Shown in pieces: positions 36,054 through 45,343 of a DNA stretch of 64,000 nt. Positions within the stretch are counted from its first letter, which is position 1. Each line of letters starts with the position of its first letter. The notes below the pieces were generated by a model, which made no database searches, was not told the origin of the DNA, and saw only the letters and a list, made by a program, of their open reading frames with translations. The stretch is from Candidatus Heimdallarchaeota archaeon. GTDB taxonomy: Archaea > Asgardarchaeota > Heimdallarchaeia > Heimdallarchaeales > Heimdallarchaeaceae. Made by a program: the position numbers and the translations under genes. The stretch lies in NCBI GenBank assembly GCA_030603365.1, contig JAUVXV010000009.1:32001-96000 (forward strand), written 5' to 3'.

Positions 36054-36950
36054 ATGCTCAAAATTCTAGGTATTGATGAAAATAAGTGCATTAAGTGTGA
36101 AAAATGTATTCCTTCTTGTAGTGTTAAACTATTCAATGTTATTAGAGAAACCAATATGGAGAAAAGAATCGAATTTAACGATCCTCTAAGATTCTGTTTC
36201 CGATGTGGTCATTGTATTGCTGTTTGTCCCACTGAAGCAATTCTCTATGAAGGAGCTGATCTACCTTATAATTTTAAAGAAGCAAAAAAACCTTCAGAAA
36301 TCATTTCTTATGAAAATCTTATGAAACTTATGAGGAGCCGAAGGTCTATAAGAATCTATAAAGAAGAATCATTATCTGAAGACTTGATAGATCAAATACT
36401 AGAATCTATGAGATACTCATTAAGTGCAAGCAATCGTCAAAACAGAAGATATTTAGTAATAACAAATAGAAACGACATTCGTTATCTCTCAGATCAAGTT
36501 TCAAAATTGATGGTTAAAGCGAAAAGACTTCTGGTATTCAAATATCTAGCAGTTCCTTTTACCAGCGGATTAGTCAGACGAAGATTACTAAATCCTAAAA
36601 CCAAAATCAGTATAAATAGATTTTTAGAAGCAAGAAAAAGAGGAGAAGATCGAATCTTCTTCAATGCACCTTGTGTTATTATCCTGCATGCACCACCATA
36701 TTCAAAGATGACAGCATCTGATTCCGCTATAGCTATTTCACATGGTATGCTAGCAGCGCAATCACTTGGTTTGGGAACCTGTTGGATAGGTTTTGCACAA
36801 GAATACCTTTGGAGAAGTAAAAAGACAAGAAAGGAATTGGGGATTCCAAAAAAGAACAATGTTTATGGTGTCTTTATTATAGGTCATCCTGATATAGAAT
36901 ATTTAAGAGCTCCACCAAGACGTGAAGCAAAAGTTGAATGGAAAAAATAG
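36054..36950 (+). CDS. Nitroreductase with an N-terminal 2x[4Fe-4S] ferredoxin domain
   Basis: CIKCEKCIPSC and CFRCGHCIAVCP, RRSIR, SASNRQ, AQSLGLGTCWIG. Confidence 0.93.
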   Translation: MLKILGIDENKCIKCEKCIPSCSVKLFNVIRETNMEKRIEFNDPLRFCFRCGHCIAVCPTEAILYEGADLPYNFKEAKKPSEIISYENLMKLMRSRRSIRIYKEESLSEDLIDQILESMRYSLSASNRQNRRYLVITNRNDIRYLSDQVSKLMVKAKRLLVFKYLAVPFTSGLVRRRLLNPKTKISINRFLEARKRGEDRIFFNAPCVIILHAPPYSKMTASDSAIAISHGMLAAQSLGLGTCWIGFAQEYLWRSKKTRKELGIPKKNNVYGVFIIGHPDIEYLRAPPRREAKVEWKK

Positions 36951-36966
36951 TCTTAAAAAACCTACT

Positions 36967-37428
36967 TTACTCCTTTTTCACCTTTGTTTCTCCAGTTTTC
37001 AGGTTAAATGTATATATGTCTCTAAACTGTGGGATTTGAACACTTAGTTTTTCTAAATCAATTTTGTAAAGGAAGAATCTTGGATCTTCTGTAGATTCCC
37101 AAAATCCATCGAACCAAGGAATTGCACCAGCTACATCCATTTTAATAACTGAATCATCTATCAATAAAGCTTTTCCAGTTCCCCTAATAGTACTCATTTT
37201 TTCTTCATCATGAGGATTAATGGCAAATTCAACATTAACATTATTCTCTATTTGTCTGATTTTATCTCTCCCTGCAACACTCACAAACCAGCAAGCATCT
37301 TTATGATAAATCAATGCCATTGGTCTTACTCTAGGATATTTGCCATCAATTGTTGCTAGATACATTAAGGGTTGCTTCTTCAGGTAATCAATAACGTCTT
37401 CCAGCTTCATATTGATTATTTCATTCAA
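36967..37428 (-). CDS. Pyridoxamine 5'-phosphate oxidase-like FMN-binding protein
   Basis: YLATIDGKYPRVRPM, KIRQIENNVNVE, IRGTGKA. Confidence 0.85.
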   Translation of the reverse strand: MNEIINMKLEDVIDYLKKQPLMYLATIDGKYPRVRPMALIYHKDACWFVSVAGRDKIRQIENNVNVEFAINPHDEEKMSTIRGTGKALLIDDSVIKMDVAGAIPWFDGFWESTEDPRFFLYKIDLEKLSVQIPQFRDIYTFNLKTGETKVKKE

Positions 37429-37490
37429 GCAGATATATCTTTTTTCGTTAGAGGAAAGTGTTTTTTAAATTGAAAACTAAGAATATAATC

Positions 37491-37889
37491 ATGTCTGACG
37501 ATAGAGAATATCCAATATCGATTAAAAATATCTATTTTCAAGTCAAAGTAACAGATTTAGAGAGAGCAAAGAAATTCTATGAAGATATATTTAATTTTGA
37601 GGTATCTTGGTATATGGGACCTGAAGCTGGTTGGTGCGAATTCTTCCTTCCAAATAAGGTGGCAAGACTAGGATTGAACCTAGTTGAAGAGGATCATGAA
37701 TATCTCCCAAACTCAGGTGTTCTAACATTCGATGTACCTGATCTTGAAACAACAAAAAAATATCTTGAGGATAAAGGTATAGAAACAACTGATATTGTTG
37801 ACCTACCTAAGATGGTTTCATACTTCAACTTCAAAGATTCCGAAGGTAACTCAATTCAAATTATTAGTGAACCCAGGATAAATGATTAA
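37491..37889 (+). CDS. VOC/glyoxalase-family protein
   Basis: VTDLERAKKFYEDIF, FDVPDL, FKDSEGNSIQI. ATG at 37491 preferred. Confidence 0.9.
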   Translation: MSDDREYPISIKNIYFQVKVTDLERAKKFYEDIFNFEVSWYMGPEAGWCEFFLPNKVARLGLNLVEEDHEYLPNSGVLTFDVPDLETTKKYLEDKGIETTDIVDLPKMVSYFNFKDSEGNSIQIISEPRIND

Positions 37890-38109
37890 TCTTCTCTCTA
37901 AAATTTTTTCTTTAGCTAGAAAAAATATCTAGATAATTCTCCGTTTTTCTATATTTCTAGTTTTTAAGCTGTCAGAACGTTCTAGACGCCGGTAGTATCC
38001 CGACAAAAAGCGAATTGTCTTCGTATTACTTTCGTAAGATTTTCATCTAGATAAAGAACCCAAATGGATAAAGTTTATTATTGACATTTCTTATTTTTGA
38101 TTGGTAATA

Positions 38110-38970
38110 ATGACGTTTTCAATAGTTGCATATGATTCTGAAAAGAAAGAATGGGGGGTTGCTGTTCAATCAAAGTTTATAGCTGTAGGAAGTATAGTTC
38201 CTTGGGGAAAAGCAAACGCTGGAGTTGTTGCAACACAAGCTTGGGCTAACACTAGTTATGGTCCAAAAGGTTTGGCACTTCTTGAACAGGGACTAACAGC
38301 AGAAGAGGTTTTGAATATTCTTACTAAACAAGATGAAAAAAGAGAGCATCGTCAAATAGGTATTGTAGATTCATATGGAAACGCAGTATCTTTCACTGGT
38401 TCAAAATGTTTCGATTGGGCAGGACATATAGTAGGTGAGAACTATGCATGTCAAGGAAACATACTTGTTTCAGAGGATACTGTTTTAGCTATGTCTCAAG
38501 CTTTCAGAGAAACTGAAGGGGATCTTGTGGACAAACTTCTAGCAGCTTTAGAAGCCGGACAAGAAGCAGGTGGAGATAGCAGAGGGAAACAATCAGCAGC
38601 TGTTATGGTATTCAAAGAGAAAGGAGCATATGATGGGAGAATGGATAAATTAGTTGATATTAGAGTTGATGATCATGAACATCCAATCAAAGAACTTCGA
38701 AGAGTGTTTGAATTATTTGATCTTTCTCTCCTCAAAAGAGATAATCCTAAGGATAAAGTGAAACTTGCTGGTGATGTATTGAAAACTGTAATAGAAGTTC
38801 TCAAGAAAGATGGTTTCTATGAAGGAGAGATAGATACCAAACTAGATGAAGAGACTAAGAAAGCTTTGAAAGATTGGATGCATACAAATAACTTCGAAGT
38901 GAAAGAGAGGGAAGATAACTACATGTGGGGAGCTGTTTATAGATATATAGAAAAAAGAGAAGAAGAATAG
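38110..38970 (+). CDS. DUF1028-family Ntn-hydrolase-like protein with a C-terminal PG-binding-like domain
   Basis: MTFSIVA..WGVAVQSKFIAVG, ATQA, GNIL, AGGDSRGKQSAA, DIRVDDH. Confidence 0.9.
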   Translation: MTFSIVAYDSEKKEWGVAVQSKFIAVGSIVPWGKANAGVVATQAWANTSYGPKGLALLEQGLTAEEVLNILTKQDEKREHRQIGIVDSYGNAVSFTGSKCFDWAGHIVGENYACQGNILVSEDTVLAMSQAFRETEGDLVDKLLAALEAGQEAGGDSRGKQSAAVMVFKEKGAYDGRMDKLVDIRVDDHEHPIKELRRVFELFDLSLLKRDNPKDKVKLAGDVLKTVIEVLKKDGFYEGEIDTKLDEETKKALKDWMHTNNFEVKEREDNYMWGAVYRYIEKREEE

Positions 38971-38982
38971 TGGTAGAAAGAA

Positions 38983-40626
38983 TTAGTTATTTTTCTTTCT
39001 TCTATATTGTATTATTGTAAGTGTCGCAATTAAGAATGCACCTAATATTCCTAAAACTGGGTAGGGTGTATCATCGGTATTTGCTGGTGTTGTTGGTTCT
39101 GTTTGTTCTACATAAGGTTCATAGTCATCATTGGATTCTAAGTCTATTCCTAAAAGAAACTCAATCGTGTTATATACAAGATAAACATTGTCTCTATTTA
39201 TATTACCATAGTCAAAGTTTGACCAAATAGTTGCTCCGAAAACTGCTAAGGAAGATGAACCATTTACTTCTACTCCTGCAAGAGGGATGATATCTCCTCC
39301 AATATCATCATTGACCATGTCATAGATTACATCTGGTGGTGGAGATGCTTCATCTGTTTGATAGAAGTATTCTTCTCCATACATAGTCCAATGAACATTA
39401 TCTGACCCAGTTTCAGAGTACAGAGAGCTTGGTGAAAAATATTGGATTCGTCTTGTTAGGTTTTCAGTAATATATGCTATTTCTGGATCAAAGTTGTAGT
39501 TTCCAGTATAACAATACCAGTTTTTGTAATATTCTGGATCCGCTGATGTAGTATAAATATTATCGTCATTTACCCTGATATCTGAACCAATTGCAGTCAA
39601 TAGGGTGTTCATAGCATCAAAATTTACATCCCATGTAAAATCTCCTCTACTGCTTAAAATAAGATGTCCTCCTGCTTGATACCAATTTGAAATAACTGTT
39701 AATTCTTCTGTAGTGAAACTAGTGGTTGTTACAGGAGCACAGATAACTACTAAATCAACACCTGCAAGAATGGTTGTATTAAACTCAGCATCATTGTAAA
39801 TTACCTTCACTACATCGCGATCTAGGGTATCAACGAAAGATTTCACCTCATCAGTTGACGCATAATCATTCTCATGAGCTCTATCTATAAGAATTTTAGC
39901 AACATCTGGAGCTTCAGTTATTGCTGGTGGTGTTAAAGTAGACAAGGTGTAGTTCCAAACAGCATTTACGGCACCAATTGCTCTTCCTAATTGCTCTTCA
40001 GTAATAGCTTTGATAGTAGAATTAGAAATAACAACATCACTAGTATCTCCATCTGGGTAAGCATCTCTTATTGTCCAATAGTAATTATAAGCATACGTAG
40101 CACAATCAATGATGAACTCTGTAGTATTAGAAATAACTCCAAAATCATAGGGAGTGATATTTAAACTATCTAGATTATAGTTTATGTCTGTTTCATACGC
40201 AGAGTGTCCAGGCCAAGAATCATATGTGTGAACTGGAATGTTGATATCTGCAGTATAATGAGAAATTATTCCTAAGAAAAAGAAAACATTATCCCATTCT
40301 TCATTGAGTGCCAAATCTCTAATTTCACCAACCATTTCTGTTACTTTCCAAGGAGCATTATGTTCTCCACTTACTGGATAGTAAAGATGATTGTCCCAAT
40401 CCTGAAGGACTTGATCCGGATAAGTACTCCCACCAATAATTTCTGGGGAGAAATAATCAAACACTGTTTCCCAACTTACATCTACGATATTTATAGCTTC
40501 ATAACCAATGCGTTGATGTGTTATAATTCCCCAACCTTGAACAAATTCGTCATTTTGGATGTTTAAGAGAACAGGACTAACAATTAATATCAATGTGATA
40601 AGTACTGAAAACTTTCTTCTATTCAT
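38983..40626 (-). CDS. Secreted Zn-dependent phospholipase C/P1-nuclease-fold domain fused to a GATase-like (GIFT/DUF4350-like) domain, with a C-terminal TM anchor
   Basis: After the signal peptide: WGIITH, YPD, DNH, SHYTAD..PVH, HSAYE (tri-Zn ligand pattern). Then KILIDRAHEN...LAGVDLVVI...GGHLIL. Ends in a Pro/Thr linker, TM and RRKK. Confidence 0.75.
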   Translation of the reverse strand: MNRRKFSVLITLILIVSPVLLNIQNDEFVQGWGIITHQRIGYEAINIVDVSWETVFDYFSPEIIGGSTYPDQVLQDWDNHLYYPVSGEHNAPWKVTEMVGEIRDLALNEEWDNVFFFLGIISHYTADINIPVHTYDSWPGHSAYETDINYNLDSLNITPYDFGVISNTTEFIIDCATYAYNYYWTIRDAYPDGDTSDVVISNSTIKAITEEQLGRAIGAVNAVWNYTLSTLTPPAITEAPDVAKILIDRAHENDYASTDEVKSFVDTLDRDVVKVIYNDAEFNTTILAGVDLVVICAPVTTTSFTTEELTVISNWYQAGGHLILSSRGDFTWDVNFDAMNTLLTAIGSDIRVNDDNIYTTSADPEYYKNWYCYTGNYNFDPEIAYITENLTRRIQYFSPSSLYSETGSDNVHWTMYGEEYFYQTDEASPPPDVIYDMVNDDIGGDIIPLAGVEVNGSSSLAVFGATIWSNFDYGNINRDNVYLVYNTIEFLLGIDLESNDDYEPYVEQTEPTTPANTDDTPYPVLGILGAFLIATLTIIQYRRKKNN

Positions 40627-40726
40627 ATATTTCAATATTCAAGTTTTAGACTTGTTTTTAATCTTAGCTAAATGAGCAATAAACATTGAAACTAATTCTT
40701 ATATTAGATAAGTTTCTCGAAACCAT

Positions 40727-41170
40727 ATGAGACTTCCAATTCAAGTGTTAGTTTATCCTGTCAAACCAAAAGATGAGTCATGGGAGTATCTTCTGTTGAA
40801 AAGAACTGAAGATAGAGGTGGTTTTTGGCAAGGAGTAACTGGACATACGGAAGGTAGGGAAAGTATTGAACAAGCAGCATCTAGAGAATTACTCGAAGAA
40901 ACAGGTTTCATACCAAGTTTTTTGATGAAGACTGATTTCTCATATACTATTCCTCTTAAAGACTTAGATAAGGAGAACTACCCAGAAGGTACAGAAGAAT
41001 TGGATGAGTATGTTTTTGTAGCTCGTATCAATCAAGATGATCTCCCAAGTATTGATTCATTGGAGCACACTGAATGGAAATGGTGTTCATATGATGAAGC
41101 AATAAGTTTACTATATTGGGATACTAATAAACAAGCTTTGGAATACATAAAAAAATTCTTAGAAGAATAA
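40727..41170 (+). CDS. NUDIX hydrolase (NudB-like)
   Basis: LLLKR, FWQGVTG..E..E..AASRELLEETG Nudix box, EHTEWKW. Confidence 0.92.
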   Translation: MRLPIQVLVYPVKPKDESWEYLLLKRTEDRGGFWQGVTGHTEGRESIEQAASRELLEETGFIPSFLMKTDFSYTIPLKDLDKENYPEGTEELDEYVFVARINQDDLPSIDSLEHTEWKWCSYDEAISLLYWDTNKQALEYIKKFLEE

Positions 41171-41178
41171 ATCGAATA

Positions 41179-41652
41179 TTATTCTTCTTTTTGCTTAAAT
41201 GATCCAATTATTTGTGTTGCTCTATATCCTGTAAAGAGCATTGCTAGAAACATTACAGCAATAGCAAAACTCACTGCTACTGTTTCGGAAATTAGAAAAA
41301 AGAAAAGTATAGTGATGACTAAACTCATAGCTACGAAGCCTGAAGCTATTCCAAGGGAGGGGATTAGCCAACCTCTGAAGACATAAATCTCTGTTAATAT
41401 ACCTATCTTCAAACTGCGGAGTTTTTCATATTCTTCTTCAAGGAAATATTTATTGTTTTTTGCCCGTCCTAAGAGTCCCAGCTGTTCCAATCGTTGAAGA
41501 TGGTACTGGGCATGACTTGCTGTTTTCAAACCTAAGTTTCTATGTGTTTCTCTAACACCAATATCTTTCCCTTTCTTAAGAGCATAAACAAATACTCTCA
41601 ACGCAGTTCCAGTCAAAGCGGAGATTATATCTTCAGTTTGTTCAGTCATCAC
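41179..41652 (-). CDS. Membrane-tethered winged-helix transcriptional regulator
   Basis: LTGTALRVF...IGVRETHRNLGLKTASHAQYHLQRLEQLGLL...KY wHTH followed by two TM helices. Confidence 0.8.
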   Translation of the reverse strand: MMTEQTEDIISALTGTALRVFVYALKKGKDIGVRETHRNLGLKTASHAQYHLQRLEQLGLLGRAKNNKYFLEEEYEKLRSLKIGILTEIYVFRGWLIPSLGIASGFVAMSLVITILFFFLISETVAVSFAIAVMFLAMLFTGYRATQIIGSFKQKEE

Positions 41653-41661
41653 TTAAACCTT

Positions 41662-42360
41662 CTATGTGTAGGGGTCAAAAAGTGCAGCCATAGCTTGTAC
41701 GTAGTCATCAAATGCGCTTTCAGGAGATAATACAGCAGCACCAATCATATTCATATTTGCATCGAAATTTCCAGTCCAAGTTGTTGATTGAAATAGTATC
41801 AAAGATTCCATATTGACAAATAGAAAGATAGCTGTACCATTATCTAAGTACAATTCTGTAACCCATTTCATATTTGGCGATTCTCCTCCTGCTTCATATG
41901 GAGGTAATCCCCATGTTCCTAGGTATTCAGTATTATTTATTGAATCAAACAAAGCTTGTGCAACTCCACCAACTTCTTCTTTAGAGATACTAAAGTTGAT
42001 TTCTTCATAAGGGTCGATTAAGGTTGCTGTTGTATTCCAGTAATAATCTTCTGCTGTTCCAATGCGTTCAAATGAAGACCAAATCATTCGGTCATCGATG
42101 AATCCTGAAGCATTACCTCCTATTTCCATATACAGTACATTAGGTATTGCACCAAGAAGAGATGATGCTAATCTACTTGAATATGGTTCTGAAGGGTCTC
42201 CATTGGGTGGTGTGGTTCCATTAGGGAGAGTAAAATAAACACTAACTCCTACAACAGATCCTACCACTATTGCGGCTCCAAGACCAATTGCAAACCACTT
42301 TAAGAAACTGCCTCTAAGTCCTTTAGAGATTGTTTTTCCTAATAGTTTTTCTTCACTCAT
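41662..42360 (-). CDS. Single-pass membrane protein with an extracellular domain, unknown function
   Basis: N-terminal TM, Pro-rich linker and acidic domain with NxT/S sequons. It ends 10 bp before the regulator gene. Confidence 0.7.
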   Translation of the reverse strand: MSEEKLLGKTISKGLRGSFLKWFAIGLGAAIVVGSVVGVSVYFTLPNGTTPPNGDPSEPYSSRLASSLLGAIPNVLYMEIGGNASGFIDDRMIWSSFERIGTAEDYYWNTTATLIDPYEEINFSISKEEVGGVAQALFDSINNTEYLGTWGLPPYEAGGESPNMKWVTELYLDNGTAIFLFVNMESLILFQSTTWTGNFDANMNMIGAAVLSPESAFDDYVQAMAALFDPYT

Positions 42361-42554
42361 TTTTTTTCACCGAAGTTTTTTAACTTCAGAAGATACTTGC
42401 ACAAAGACACTTTTAATAAAATGTTTTGTACGCCTATTAAAAAATGTTGTACAAACCCTTGAACAGTTCCACTTTTTTTCTTCTATTCCCGAGTAATAGT
42501 CAGATAAAAACTGTTTTAATTGGTTTTTCCTTTTTTCTATCGAACGTGATTTAA

Positions 42555-44036
42555 ATGATTGTTGATTTCAAGAAGATTCAAATTAATGAATTTGACATCC
42601 CTTTGGTTCTAGTAGGAGTACTAGAAGAAGCAAAAGGTGATGTCTTTATTTCTGATATAAACGAAGAAGCAGGAAATGTAGTTGAATTAGGGGATTTTAA
42701 AGGAAAGAACGGTGATCTCTCTCTAATTTATACAAAAGGAACTATATCTCCAAAAAGACTTCTTCTAATCGGTTTAGGAAAACAAGAAAAGCTTACAGTA
42801 GAAACTGTTAGAGAAGCCGTTGGTGATGCATCCAGAAAAGCTCGTGATTTAGACGTTAAGAAACTAGGTATCTATCTTGATTCCTTTGCACGAGATAAAT
42901 TAGAATTGACAGAAACTACTGAAGCATTAGTCCAAGGCATTATTATGGGAAGTTTTCAGAATATTGTATATAGAACTAAAAATCTAGATAAATATAAGAA
43001 AATCGAGGAATTAATTATTTTTAGTCCTGATGCAGATGAAATTGTTTTGAAACAAGGGATTGAAAGCGGTAAGATTATAGCTGATGCAGTTAATTTCTGC
43101 AGAGAACTAGCTTGGGGACCTGCAAACTATATCACACCTACCAAACTCGCTAATGAAGCTCTTCGACTTGAGAAGGACTTAGGTATTAAAACTACAGTTT
43201 TCGAAAGAGAACAAGCAAAAGAAATAGGTCTAACAAGTTTCCTAGCTGTCGCCCAAGGAACTAAGGAACCTCCAAAATTCATTATCATGGAACATGGTGC
43301 TAATAAAGAAGGAGTGGAGACAGTAGCATTAATTGGAAAAGCTATCACTTTTGATAGCGGTGGTATCAGTATAAAACCAGGTCAAAACATGGAAAAGATG
43401 AAAGCAGATATGACTGGTGGTGCAGTTGTTGTTGCTGTAATGGAAGCAGTTGCCAAACTAGATTTAGATCTACATGTAGTGGGTGTTGTTCCCGCAACAG
43501 ATAATATGCCTTCTGGAACAGCTTATCATCCTGGTGATATAATTACTAGTTATAGTGGTTTAACTATTGAAGTTATAAATACAGATGCTGAAGGAAGAAT
43601 GATACTTAATGATGCTTTAACATATGCTGCTAAGCATTATAAACCAAAAGCAATGTTTGATTTCGCTACATTAACTGGTGCAATGATGATTGCTTTAGGA
43701 GAACACGCAATTGGTTACTTCTCAAATCATGATTTCGTCGTAGATAAGCTTGAAGAAGCATCAAACACAAGTGGAGAAAGAGTCTGGAGAATGCCATTAT
43801 GGGAAGTCTATGATGAACAACTCAAAAGTGATGTTGCTGACTTTAAGCACACTGGTGGTCGTCCTGGTGGTTCAATTACAGCTGCAAGATTCTTAAGCCA
43901 ATTTACACTTGATGTTCCATGGGCTCACTTAGATATTGCTGGTACAATGGAACAAAGTAGCGATAAGCATTATAATCCAAAAGGAAGCAAGGGACCTGGT
44001 GTTCGTGTTATCCTTGATGTTTTAAGAAATTGGTAG
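42555..44036 (+). CDS. pepA: Leucyl aminopeptidase (M17)
   Basis: GKAITFDSGGISIKP, MKADMTGG, NTDAEGR, ATLTGA, WAHLDIAG. Confidence 0.96.
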   Translation: MIVDFKKIQINEFDIPLVLVGVLEEAKGDVFISDINEEAGNVVELGDFKGKNGDLSLIYTKGTISPKRLLLIGLGKQEKLTVETVREAVGDASRKARDLDVKKLGIYLDSFARDKLELTETTEALVQGIIMGSFQNIVYRTKNLDKYKKIEELIIFSPDADEIVLKQGIESGKIIADAVNFCRELAWGPANYITPTKLANEALRLEKDLGIKTTVFEREQAKEIGLTSFLAVAQGTKEPPKFIIMEHGANKEGVETVALIGKAITFDSGGISIKPGQNMEKMKADMTGGAVVVAVMEAVAKLDLDLHVVGVVPATDNMPSGTAYHPGDIITSYSGLTIEVINTDAEGRMILNDALTYAAKHYKPKAMFDFATLTGAMMIALGEHAIGYFSNHDFVVDKLEEASNTSGERVWRMPLWEVYDEQLKSDVADFKHTGGRPGGSITAARFLSQFTLDVPWAHLDIAGTMEQSSDKHYNPKGSKGPGVRVILDVLRNW

Positions 44037-44068
44037 AGATAATTCTATCTCTTTTTCATCTTTTTTTA
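44035..44068. terminator. Hairpin plus T-tract between convergent pepA and nitroreductase genes
   Basis: AGAGAT-AATTCT-ATCTCT inverted repeat followed by T runs. Confidence 0.45.
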
Positions 44069-44680
44069 TTCATACCATTTTGTTACTTCCTCTATCGTAA
44101 ATCTTGGCTCTCTTTCAGGTTGTTCATCTGGATAACCAAGTGCAATTGCTGCAATCAAAGGACTAGAATAACCTACTTGCATACCAGTCTTCTCTCCAAA
44201 TTCCACGAGATTAGATCTCATTTCTGATTCTTCAACTTTAATTTTTAATAGCTGAAGTATTGCTTGTTCAACAAAAAGAACATCATTTATCCACACAGTA
44301 CCTAATCCCATACTATGTGCTTTCAATAGCATATTTTGTATAGCTGCCGACACTGATTGTATTTCTGGACCTATTCCTCCCCATTCACATGTTTGTAAAA
44401 CTAGAATAACAACTGGTGCCTTATCCATAATATTGTAAGAATTATGGGTTGAAGCCATTAAAGGAATTTTAGGAAGTTTTTCTATTGTTTCTCTACATGT
44501 TTGAACAAGTCTTGCCTTTGCTTCCCCTTGAAAAACATGGAATCTCCATTGAACTCTGTTCTTAGCTGAAGGTGCTCTATTTCCTGCATCTAAAATATCA
44601 ATTATCTGTTCTTTCGTTAAAGGTTTATCCTTATACTTTCTTATAGATCTTCTATTCTTGATAACTTCATCAATATCCAT
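44066..44680 (-). CDS. Nitroreductase-family protein
   Basis: MDIDEVIKNRRSIRKY, APSAKN, AIQNMLLKAHSMGLGTVW, ALGYP. ATG at 44680 preferred. Confidence 0.92.
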   Translation of the reverse strand: MDIDEVIKNRRSIRKYKDKPLTKEQIIDILDAGNRAPSAKNRVQWRFHVFQGEAKARLVQTCRETIEKLPKIPLMASTHNSYNIMDKAPVVILVLQTCEWGGIGPEIQSVSAAIQNMLLKAHSMGLGTVWINDVLFVEQAILQLLKIKVEESEMRSNLVEFGEKTGMQVGYSSPLIAAIALGYPDEQPEREPRFTIEEVTKWYE

Positions 44681-44738
44681 AGGATAAGAAATAAGATTCC
44701 GAAATAAAAAACTTTTCTGACTACTTCTATTCAAGCAT

Positions 44739-45287
44739 TCAAACCTTATTGTGTTCTATTTCTTTAATTTCATCAGTATGATTAACTGTTTGAATTCTAT
44801 TTACTCCTTCAAACTTATGTATAAGTTTCACCACTTCTTCAGGAACACTATCTTTCCATTTCCCCCCATGAATCATCATATTTCTAATCTCCTTTCCACT
44901 ATATTCAGTTCTATTAACAAGGGGGATTTCTCTAACTTCTTTGTTAGCTAGTTTAGAAAACAGCTGTTGCACTAATGGATTATTTGAAAAAACAACATTA
45001 AATGCAGGTACTAAATCAATAACATTAGCAGCCCAAATGGTATTTCTATTAATATCTGGTATTGCTGTAATAAAGGTCTTATTAATATCGAATCTTTTTC
45101 TGACTAGTGATGTAAGCATTTCCAATCTCTCTCCTCCTGTAAAAGGATTCTTTATTGAATATGCTTTTTCTCCACTTCCAATAAGGATTATAATTTCATC
45201 TATGTCTGGTTGTTCAAGAATATACTCAATTGCATGAATGTGACCATTGTGAGGAGGGTTAAAACGACCTAGGTATAAAGCTCTCAT
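44739..45287 (-). CDS. nadM: Nicotinamide-nucleotide adenylyltransferase
   Basis: MRALYLGRFNPPHNGH, IGS, NPFTGGERLEM, SNNPLV, SGKEIR, WKDSVP. Confidence 0.93.
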   Translation of the reverse strand: MRALYLGRFNPPHNGHIHAIEYILEQPDIDEIIILIGSGEKAYSIKNPFTGGERLEMLTSLVRKRFDINKTFITAIPDINRNTIWAANVIDLVPAFNVVFSNNPLVQQLFSKLANKEVREIPLVNRTEYSGKEIRNMMIHGGKWKDSVPEEVVKLIHKFEGVNRIQTVNHTDEIKEIEHNKV

Positions 45288-45343
45288 TTCATAACAATCT
45301 AATTTACTCAATAATATATCTTTGTGCAAAGGGTAATTGTTTC

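Noticed and set aside
1186-38012. CGACAAAAA upstream of three genes (about 1187, 25061, 38001) as a shared regulatory motif
   Set aside because: It is short and A-rich, lies at inconsistent distances from the starts, and the genes are unrelated; chance cannot be excluded.
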